A DNA stretch of 64,000 nt from NCBI GenBank assembly GCA_903929315.1, contig CAIYUC010000066.1, forward strand, positions 74,986-138,985. Direction: 5' to 3'. A model generated the notes under the pieces. That model was not told the origin of the DNA. It ran no database searches and worked only from the letters and a program-made list of their open reading frames with translations. Of this stretch, positions 1-7,403 are shown one piece after another (the first letter of the stretch is position 1; each line of letters starts with the position of its first letter). The DNA comes from an uncultured Bacteroidales bacterium. Lineage in GTDB: Bacteria > Bacteroidota > Bacteroidia > Bacteroidales > FEN-979. The position numbers and the translations under genes are program-made.

Positions 1-2
1 AA

Positions 3-605
3 GCTTCTTTTTACATACTTCAGATCAAGCCATTGATTGGGAATATTGCAGATTATGATGTGGATTTAAATAAGATCAACCCGGATGAAATACTTCTTTA
101 TTCGGAAAAAGAGATGGGGAACGGGATGGTTGATACGATTCATGATGTTGTTTTTGTTGATCCTGAAGATTTCGATAAGATGAAAACCTTAGAAATGGCG
201 GATGATATGGAAAAGATCAACAAGGAGATGATACGTGAGGAAAAAAAATATATACTGATCGGTCCGGGTCGTTGGGGATCACGTGATACTTTTATTGGAA
301 TTCCTGTAGCCTGGCCACAGATATCGAATGCAAAAGTCATTGTTGAAACAAGCCTTGAAGGGTTTCCCTTGGATGCTTCTTCCGGTTCTCATTTTTTCCA
401 TAATGTAACCTCAATGAATGCAGGTTATTTCAGCGTTCAACCGGAGATGTCACAGGGTTTTATCCGGTTCGACATATTAAAACAGCAAAAAGATATCAGG
501 AAAACCAGATTTTTCAGGATTGCTCATTTTAAACACCCACTGATCGTCAGGATGGACGGGAAAAAAAGAATCGCCGTTATCTCCTGGCAAAGAGACGAAA
601 ACTAA
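3..605 (+). CDS. 3' part of a gene truncated by the window edge: C-terminal module of a PEP/pyruvate-binding (PPDK_N-type) family protein, paralog of the C-terminus of the 7403..10369 product
   Basis: The frame is open from base 3 (ASFYILQIKPLIGN...), so the track's Met at 33 is internal. YILIGPGRWGSRDTFIGIPVAWPQISNAKVIVE and SGSHFFHNVTS align with ILIGPGRWGSSDPWLGIPVRWPQISAARLIVE and GTHFFQNLTS of the 988-aa protein. ILQIKPL matches its LLQIRPI. Confidence 0.75.
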   Translation, partial: ASFYILQIKPLIGNIADYDVDLNKINPDEILLYSEKEMGNGMVDTIHDVVFVDPEDFDKMKTLEMADDMEKINKEMIREEKKYILIGPGRWGSRDTFIGIPVAWPQISNAKVIVETSLEGFPLDASSGSHFFHNVTSMNAGYFSVQPEMSQGFIRFDILKQQKDIRKTRFFRIAHFKHPLIVRMDGKKRIAVISWQRDEN

Positions 606-624
606 ATTTAAATCTATATACTCT

Positions 625-1143
625 ATGCGTATTGCCAGAAAAAATACAAAAACAAGTTCCTGGTTGAAGAACGATGTTAATCTTAGCTTACTGGATCCTT
701 TAATTCATAAATACAATGGGAAGAAAGGAAATCTTATCCCGCTATTGCAGGGAACACAGGAGCTTTATGGTTACCTGCCCCGTGGTGCATTTGAGAAAAT
801 TTCGAATGAAACAGGGCTGGAATTAAGTGAGATGTTCGGAGTGGCTACTTTTTATGCACAATTCCGTTTGAAACCTGTAGGAAAACATATTATTAAGGTA
901 TGTCATGGTACCGCCTGTCATGTCCAGAACGCCAAAGAAATAAGCGAGTCACTGGAAGAAGCATTAAAAATCAAAGATGGAGAAACGACCGACGACCGCA
1001 TATTCACTTTGGAATCTGTTGCCTGCCTTGGCTGCTGTTCGCTTGCCCCGGTAATGATGATAGGTGAGCAGGCTTATGGTAAACTTACAGGAAATGAATC
1101 TGTTAAGATTGTTAAGAATATCCGTCTTGCAGATAATAATTAA
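625..1143 (+). CDS. NuoE/HydC-type thioredoxin-like [2Fe-2S] ferredoxin subunit (24-kDa subunit family)
   Basis: 172 aa with cluster motifs CHGTACHV and CLGCCSLAP. It lies directly upstream of a NuoF-like gene. Confidence 0.9.
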   Translation: MRIARKNTKTSSWLKNDVNLSLLDPLIHKYNGKKGNLIPLLQGTQELYGYLPRGAFEKISNETGLELSEMFGVATFYAQFRLKPVGKHIIKVCHGTACHVQNAKEISESLEEALKIKDGETTDDRIFTLESVACLGCCSLAPVMMIGEQAYGKLTGNESVKIVKNIRLADNN

Positions 1144-1193
1144 CAGCCAATTACCTCATCCATCTTAACAAACCTAAAAAGCAATCAAACTAC

Positions 1194-2972
1194 ATGAACA
1201 AAACTACGGTTACAGTCGGCCTGGGAAGTTGCGGGATCGCTGCAGGTGCCGGCAAGACTTATGAAAAGATCCGGGTACTTAAAGAATCCGATAAACTTGA
1301 TTTTGAGCTTAAGAAAACAAGCTGTGTAGGGATGTGTTACCGGGAGCCACTGGTAGAGATCGTTGATGAAACCGGAACATACCTCTATGGGGATGTCAAT
1401 GAAGACAGGGCAATGGAGATCATCGAAAAGCATATCCATCAGCAGGATCCGATTCGTGATTACATCGTGCAAACAGATCTGTTCGATGCTCCGGAAAATG
1501 ATTTTAATGAAGCTCAGGTAAAAATAGTTCTCCGTAATTGCGGGTATATGGACCCTGAATCGATTGAGGAATATGAGGAACGGGGCGGTTATAAGGCCAT
1601 TATAAAAATCCGTGATGAGAAGATCTCCCGTATGGATGTCATACAAACAATTTTGGATTCAGGATTACGTGGCAGAGGTGGTGGTGGCTTTTCAACGGGT
1701 ATGAAATGGAAGCTTGCCAATGGAAATAAATCGAAAGAGAAGTATGTGATCTGTAACGCCGATGAAGGAGACCCGGGAGCATTCATGGATCGTTCCGTAC
1801 TTGAAGGTGACCCGCATTCCATACTTGAAGGCATGATCATCGCTGCATTTGCGATTGAGGCAACAGAAGGGGTTATTTATTGCCGGGCAGAATACCCTTT
1901 GGCAATCAAGCGACTTAACATCGCTTTACAACAAGGCAGGGGAAAAGGTTATCTTGGGAAAAATATATTCGGTATTGAAGGCTTCGACTTTGATATTCGA
2001 ATTAAAGAAGGTGCAGGTGCTTTTGTTTGCGGTGAAGAGACTGCTCTTATTGCATCGGTTGAAGGTCTGCGTGGTATGCCGCGAAAACGGCCGCCCTTCC
2101 CGGCACAATCAGGTCTTTGGAGACAACCTACGAACATCAATAATGTTGAAACCTTTGCAAACATTCCCTGGATCCTGATCAATGGAGCCGGAGCATTCGC
2201 CTCTTATGGTACGGAGAAAAGCAAAGGTACCAAAGTTTTTGCTCTTGCTGGCAAGATCAGAAGGTCGGGGCTGGTTGAGGTGCCGATGGGAATTACCATA
2301 AAAGAGATCATCTACAAGCTTGGTGGTGGTATTAAAAACGATAAGAAATTCAAAGCGGTTCAGTTGGGTGGTCCATCGGGTGGCTGTATCCCCGAATATC
2401 TTTCGGACACTATCGTTGATTATGATTCTGTGACAGCTACCGGTGCCATTATGGGTTCAGGGGGCATGGTGGTGATGGATGAGACTACCTGTATGGTCGA
2501 TGTGGCAAAGTTCTTCCTGGATTTTACCCGGAAGGAATCATGTGGTAAATGTACCTTCTGCCGCGTCGGAACAAAACGTATGCTGGAGATCCTCGATCGC
2601 ATCACCAACAGTGAAGGACAACAAGGAGATATCGAGAAGTTGGAAGACCTGGCTTACCAGATCAAGGATAATTCTCTTTGTGGCCTTGGACAAACAGCTC
2701 CTAATCCCGTCCTCACTACGATCAAATATTTCCGGGATGAATACGAAGCACATATCTTTCATAAAAAATGCCCTGCAAAGGTTTGCCGGCCATTGCTAAC
2801 CTATGTGGTCGATCCTGAAAAATGTACCGGTTGTCTTGTCTGCCTGAAGAACTGCCCTTCAAATGCAATCACGGGTGAAAGAAAGAAAGTACATTTCATT
2901 CACCAGGAGAAATGCACGAAATGCGGGGTTTGTTATTCAAAGTGTAAATTCGAATCCATCCTGTTATCATGA
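1194..2972 (+). CDS. NuoF/HydB-type FMN- and NAD(P)H-binding iron-sulfur subunit, with an N-terminal 2Fe-2S domain and a C-terminal 2x[4Fe-4S] ferredoxin extension
   Basis: Motifs GLRGRGGGGFSTGMKW, CNADEGDPGAF, ESCGKCTFCRVGT...SLCGLGQT, CTGCLVCLKNCP and CTKCGVCYSKC. Confidence 0.9.
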   Translation: MNKTTVTVGLGSCGIAAGAGKTYEKIRVLKESDKLDFELKKTSCVGMCYREPLVEIVDETGTYLYGDVNEDRAMEIIEKHIHQQDPIRDYIVQTDLFDAPENDFNEAQVKIVLRNCGYMDPESIEEYEERGGYKAIIKIRDEKISRMDVIQTILDSGLRGRGGGGFSTGMKWKLANGNKSKEKYVICNADEGDPGAFMDRSVLEGDPHSILEGMIIAAFAIEATEGVIYCRAEYPLAIKRLNIALQQGRGKGYLGKNIFGIEGFDFDIRIKEGAGAFVCGEETALIASVEGLRGMPRKRPPFPAQSGLWRQPTNINNVETFANIPWILINGAGAFASYGTEKSKGTKVFALAGKIRRSGLVEVPMGITIKEIIYKLGGGIKNDKKFKAVQLGGPSGGCIPEYLSDTIVDYDSVTATGAIMGSGGMVVMDETTCMVDVAKFFLDFTRKESCGKCTFCRVGTKRMLEILDRITNSEGQQGDIEKLEDLAYQIKDNSLCGLGQTAPNPVLTTIKYFRDEYEAHIFHKKCPAKVCRPLLTYVVDPEKCTGCLVCLKNCPSNAITGERKKVHFIHQEKCTKCGVCYSKCKFESILLS

Positions 2973-3015
2973 TCCTGGTAAAGACTATACAAAAACACTA
3001 AAATACATTGCACAC

Positions 3016-6000
3016 ATGACAGAAAACTTTTATAATATCTTGCTCAACGGAAATATTGTTAAAGGGATTCCGGGAGAAACTATCCTTGAACTCGCCAGAC
3101 GTCTTGGAATTATCATTCCTACTCTTTGTTATGATGACCGGCTCGAACCATTTACCTCCTGTTATTTATGTGTGGTCGAAGTCGAAGGTATGCGTGGTCA
3201 TCAACCCGCATGTTCAACAAAGATTAATGAAGGAATGAAGATTGTCACCGATAATGAAGGCATCCGTAAATCGAGGAAGATAGCCTTGGAGCTGCTCCTC
3301 AGTAATCATTATGCCGATTGTGTCGCTCCCTGCAAGCAAACCTGTCCGGCAGGCGTGGATGTTCAGGGCTATATTTCACTTATCGATAAAGGGTTGTACA
3401 ACGAAGCGGTGGCGTTAATAAAAGAAACCAATCCACTTCCTGCAATTTGCGGGAGGGTTTGCGTGCGTCCCTGCGAAGCCGAATGCCGCAGGAATTTACT
3501 CGGTGAAGGATCCCCTGTCGGGATCGATTATCTGAAGCGCTTTGCATCGGATTATGATCTTGCTTCACCATCAAAATTTGTCCCCGGATTACATCCCTCT
3601 TCCGGGAAGAAGATTGCCGTGATCGGCGCCGGCCCCGGCGGATTATCGGCCGGTTACTTTCTCCAGACCAGGGGTCACCAGGTAGATATCTATGAAGCTG
3701 CTCCCAAGTCGGGAGGATGGCTCCGATATGGGATACCTGAATATCGTCTTCCAAACGATATCCTTGATCAGGAAGTGAAAAATATCACCGACCTCGGTGT
3801 TAATATTTACTACAATAAAAAATTAGGAGATACTATCAGTTACAAAGATCTCAGGGATCGCTATCATGCAGTGATCCTTACCATCGGATCCCAGAAGGGC
3901 ACAGGGATCGGGTGCGAAGGAGAAGATGCGGAAAACGTCTATTCCGGGATTGACTTCCTGAAAAACATGGAGATTACAGGACAACGTTATGATTTTACCG
4001 GCAAAACAATTGCCGTCATTGGCGGAGGTAATACTGCAATGGATTGCTGCAGGACGTCCATCCGGTGCAATGCTGAAAAGGTTTACATCATCTACCGCAG
4101 GACCGAAAAAGAAATGCCGGCGAACCCGATCGAGATTCATGAATCCAGGCTTGAAGGAGTGGAATATATGTTCCTTACGCTTCCAAAAAAAGTCAATAAG
4201 GATGATAAGGGAGCAATACAATCCATTACCTGCCTGCAGATGGAACTTGGTGAACCTGATGCTTCCGGGAGGCGAAGACCGGTTCCGATAGAAGGTTCGG
4301 AATTCGATATCAAAGTGGATTATGCACTGGCTGCTATCGGACAGAAAACCGATGTGAACTTCATTGATGATATTAACAATCATGCTGAAGGAGGAGAACT
4401 CAAGATCAATCGATGGGGGGATATTGATGTCGATAAAAATACTCTTCAAACCGGTATTCCCTCTGTCTTTGCAGCAGGCGACGGAGTTTCAGGACCGGCT
4501 ACGATCATTGAAGCGATTGCACAGGCAAAAACGGCCACGACCAGTGCACATCAATTCCTGATGGGCCTTCCAATCCTGCCTGTCAATAAACAATTTACAA
4601 GTAAAAAGGAGAATTTCAAGAAACAGATAAATGAAGACTATTTCAACCGGTTTGAAAACCAATTAAGAGAGGAAATGCCTACCCTTTCTGTAGAGATGAG
4701 AAATAACTTCAATGAAGTGGAACTTGGATACAGGAGTGAAGAAGTTGCGCAACATGAGGCAAAACGGTGCCTCGAATGCGGGTGTTCTGTTTTCTTCAAT
4801 TGTGACCTCCAAAAATATTCGACCGAATATGCTGCGGAACAGAAAAATTATAGAGGAGAATTCAAGGAATACACGGTTGATTTCAGGCATCCTTATATTG
4901 AGATAGATAATAATAAATGCATCCTTTGTTCACGCTGTGTCCGGATATGTCATGAAATAGTCGGGGCAAATGCCCTCGGATTGATTAACCGGGGTTTCGA
5001 AACAGTGGTCGCTCCCAGTCTTGGAGATTCACTGCTGGATACTACATGTGAATCATGCGGAATGTGTATATCAACCTGCCCTACAGGGGCGATAACAGAG
5101 AATGTAATCTTCAAACCGGGTCCGGGTATTACCGAAACTGCTGACACAATTTGTAATTATTGTTCCGTCGGGTGTGCTATCAGATTGCATCATAAAAAAG
5201 GCTTCATCATGGGTGTTACCGGAACTTCCGGACTTATGAACCCGGATGGCAATCTATGCAGATACCCGAAATTCGGATACAGATACCTGAATGATCCGGC
5301 AAGGATCTTACAACCGTTACTTAAGGTGAACGGAGAATTTAAAAAGGTCTCTTTTGAAGAAGCCTTTGCATGGATCAAGGATAAAATTGGAAGTGTTTCC
5401 CCGGATGAAAATGCTTTCTTTGCAGGCGCCAGATTGACGAATGAAGAGATGTACCTTATACAGAAACTTGCAAGGGCCGGTGCAAAAACCAACAATATCG
5501 GAAGTTTTCATTATCTTGGAAGAAATGAAGGATACCACAGAAATAGCGATTTTAATGTTCCTTTCGATCATATCGGGAAGGCAAGCAAAATATATTTGCT
5601 GGGAACTGAGATCAATTCTGATCATGCTGTGACCGGTTTTCTTGTCAACAATGCGAGCATCATGAAAAAGATCCCTGTAATCCTGGTTACAGCGAAAGAG
5701 AAGAATTCAATGGAACATAAAGTCGATGAAGTCATTAAGGTCAAGTCTTATTACTATTTCATAAAAGCGGTCAATCATTACCTGCTGACGAAAGGTTTAG
5801 AGAATGGGTTGTTCCTGCGCGACAGGGTTAACGGTTTTGACGTTTATAAAACCCAATTGCTTTCCGGAAATTTCGATGCTCTTGTTCAACGTGCAGGAGT
5901 GGCAGACAAAGAAGTCATTATTGAGTTTGCCGAGACTTACAATAACGAACTGAACGCAATCCTTCTATTTTCCGAGAAAGAAATTTCATCAGCAGCCAGT

Positions 6001-6738
6001 ATCGAGCTATTCAATCTTGCGATGATCACAGGTAAGTTGGGAAAGAGTTCCAATGGTCTTATATCTCTGAAAGAAAAGAATAATTCGCAGGGATTGTTCG
6101 ATATGGGAATTTATCCATCCCTTGGAACAGGCGGTATTCCTGTCAATGACCCGTTACTGATCCAAAGACTCAAAAATAAATGGGCCATTGATTCTGTCCC
6201 TATCGTGATCAATTTTAACCTGAAAGGACTTATGGATAATGGAAAGATCAGGAACCTCTTTATCTTTGGGGAAGATCCGGTCGGGTGTGCGGAGGATAAA
6301 GACGCAGTGAGGGAGATGCTCGAAAAGACAAAATTTATCATGGTCCAGGATTATTTCATGACACAAACGGCAGCAAAAGCTGACCTGATACTTCCGGCAT
6401 CATTCCCGGTCGAAACAGGAGGTAGTTACACCAATACACAAAAGGTAATACAGGAGTTCGCAGCAGCGCTACAATGCAAATTGGAAAAGTCTAATATTGA
6501 ACAGCTAACGGGTTTGTTGGAGAAGTTCGGGCTTGATGGTCATGCTGCCAGGGAAAATATATTATTGGAGATTTTTACATTGCTTCCAAAAACCAAAGAT
6601 GATTCCGGACCTGAAGATCAAAAGATGATAATGAATCTTCAATCAACAGAGGACGATGATTATAATCGTATCTTTAACTTCGGCTGTGATTCGGTTGTCA
6701 GGTATTTTGAAGAGGATTTTATTAAGGCAACAAGCTGA
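3016..6738 (+). CDS. Giant fusion subunit: 2Fe-2S ferredoxin + GltD-like NAD(P)H/FAD oxidoreductase module + NuoG-type Fe-S domains + degenerate molybdopterin-oxidoreductase-like domain
   Basis: The track ORF starts at 2863, but its first 51 codons overlap the upstream gene, so I chose the ATG at 3016 (MTENFYNILLNG). Domain order as read: CYDDRLEPFTSCYLC..PACST; then CPAGVDVQGY, ICGRVCVRPCEAECRR, VIGAGPGGLSAGYF, VIGGGNTAMDC, FAAGDG; then HPYIEIDNNKCILCSRCVRIC, CESCGMCISTCP; then CNYCSVGCAI; then an approximately 520-aa MopB-like tail. Confidence 0.8.
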   Translation: MTENFYNILLNGNIVKGIPGETILELARRLGIIIPTLCYDDRLEPFTSCYLCVVEVEGMRGHQPACSTKINEGMKIVTDNEGIRKSRKIALELLLSNHYADCVAPCKQTCPAGVDVQGYISLIDKGLYNEAVALIKETNPLPAICGRVCVRPCEAECRRNLLGEGSPVGIDYLKRFASDYDLASPSKFVPGLHPSSGKKIAVIGAGPGGLSAGYFLQTRGHQVDIYEAAPKSGGWLRYGIPEYRLPNDILDQEVKNITDLGVNIYYNKKLGDTISYKDLRDRYHAVILTIGSQKGTGIGCEGEDAENVYSGIDFLKNMEITGQRYDFTGKTIAVIGGGNTAMDCCRTSIRCNAEKVYIIYRRTEKEMPANPIEIHESRLEGVEYMFLTLPKKVNKDDKGAIQSITCLQMELGEPDASGRRRPVPIEGSEFDIKVDYALAAIGQKTDVNFIDDINNHAEGGELKINRWGDIDVDKNTLQTGIPSVFAAGDGVSGPATIIEAIAQAKTATTSAHQFLMGLPILPVNKQFTSKKENFKKQINEDYFNRFENQLREEMPTLSVEMRNNFNEVELGYRSEEVAQHEAKRCLECGCSVFFNCDLQKYSTEYAAEQKNYRGEFKEYTVDFRHPYIEIDNNKCILCSRCVRICHEIVGANALGLINRGFETVVAPSLGDSLLDTTCESCGMCISTCPTGAITENVIFKPGPGITETADTICNYCSVGCAIRLHHKKGFIMGVTGTSGLMNPDGNLCRYPKFGYRYLNDPARILQPLLKVNGEFKKVSFEEAFAWIKDKIGSVSPDENAFFAGARLTNEEMYLIQKLARAGAKTNNIGSFHYLGRNEGYHRNSDFNVPFDHIGKASKIYLLGTEINSDHAVTGFLVNNASIMKKIPVILVTAKEKNSMEHKVDEVIKVKSYYYFIKAVNHYLLTKGLENGLFLRDRVNGFDVYKTQLLSGNFDALVQRAGVADKEVIIEFAETYNNELNAILLFSEKEISSAASIELFNLAMITGKLGKSSNGLISLKEKNNSQGLFDMGIYPSLGTGGIPVNDPLLIQRLKNKWAIDSVPIVINFNLKGLMDNGKIRNLFIFGEDPVGCAEDKDAVREMLEKTKFIMVQDYFMTQTAAKADLILPASFPVETGGSYTNTQKVIQEFAAALQCKLEKSNIEQLTGLLEKFGLDGHAARENILLEIFTLLPKTKDDSGPEDQKMIMNLQSTEDDDYNRIFNFGCDSVVRYFEEDFIKATS

Positions 6739-6750
6739 AATTTATAAACT

Positions 6751-6914
6751 CACCCCTGTTGTGGGGCTGTCTGAAATATCTTTGTGATCTTTGTGTAAAA
6801 CATTGTGACCTTTGTGGTTAATTCATAAAAAACTTTACCACAATGAACACTAAGAATGCACAAAGCACACAAAGAAGGAAAAAATATCATACTTTATACT
6901 TTTTAGTCAACCCC
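6751..6914. repeat. About 165-bp palindromic 'word' element (copy E1), bounded by GGGGCTGTCT...AGTCAACCCC, with arms made of CTTTGTG/CATTGTG words
   Basis: Left arm ctttgtgatctttgtgtaaaacattgtgacctttgtggtta pairs with right arm taccacaatgaacactaagaatgcacaaagcacacaaag. It is colinear with the copy at 18822..18981 and starts 12 nt after a stop codon. Confidence 0.75.
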
Positions 6915-6947
6915 AAATGAAAAAATATACATATAAAACGTACTACT

Positions 6948-7403
6948 ATGAAAGAATTCAAATCCATCGATGACATCCTCGAATTCGCCATCAATGCCGA
7001 ACAGGAAGCAGTTGACTTTTATACAAATTTATCGGGCTGGTCGAAGAACGAACAAATGAAAAAAGTATTTGTCGATTTTGCCGGGGAAGAGATGAAGCAT
7101 AAGGCGAAACTTCTGGAGGTAAAAGAAAACAGGTCTTTTAGGATACCCGAAGGGAAAGTCAGGGATCTTAAAATATCTGACTATGTTGTTGATGTTAAGC
7201 CAACACCGGATATGACATACCCGGATGCCCTTGTGCTGGCCATGAAAAAAGAGAAGGATGCTTTCAGGCTTTACCTGCTGCTTTCGGAAGAGTCATCTGA
7301 TCCGGTGATGAAAAACCTTTTCCTTTCGCTGGCGCAGGAAGAATCACGTCACAAATTGCGGTTTGAACTGGAATATGATGATTTCATCCTAAAGGAAAAT
7401 TAA
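6948..7403 (+). CDS. Ferritin-like diiron (rubrerythrin-family) protein
   Basis: 151 aa with two E..H motifs (GEEMKHKAKL, QEESRHKLRFE). Its stop overlaps the next start (TAATG). Confidence 0.75.
   Translation: MKEFKSIDDILEFAINAEQEAVDFYTNLSGWSKNEQMKKVFVDFAGEEMKHKAKLLEVKENRSFRIPEGKVRDLKISDYVVDVKPTPDMTYPDALVLAMKKEKDAFRLYLLLSEESSDPVMKNLFLSLAQEESRHKLRFELEYDDFILKEN

Noticed and set aside
1-6. The window begins with AAGCTT (HindIII), suggesting a clone boundary or vector junction.
   Set aside because: A single 6-mer at an arbitrary window edge is not evidence. The reading frame continues straight through it.
2863-3015. An N-terminal 51-codon extension of the giant fusion ORF.
   Set aside because: It overlaps the 3' end of the NuoF-like gene in another frame. 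The recognisable 2Fe-2S domain begins right after the ATG at 3016.
5150-6738. Calling the operon a formate dehydrogenase because of the FdhA-like domain.
   Set aside because: There is no Cys/Sec at the Mo-ligand position, and the domain is too short for the MGD cap. I treat it as a scaffold-type (NuoG-like) domain.
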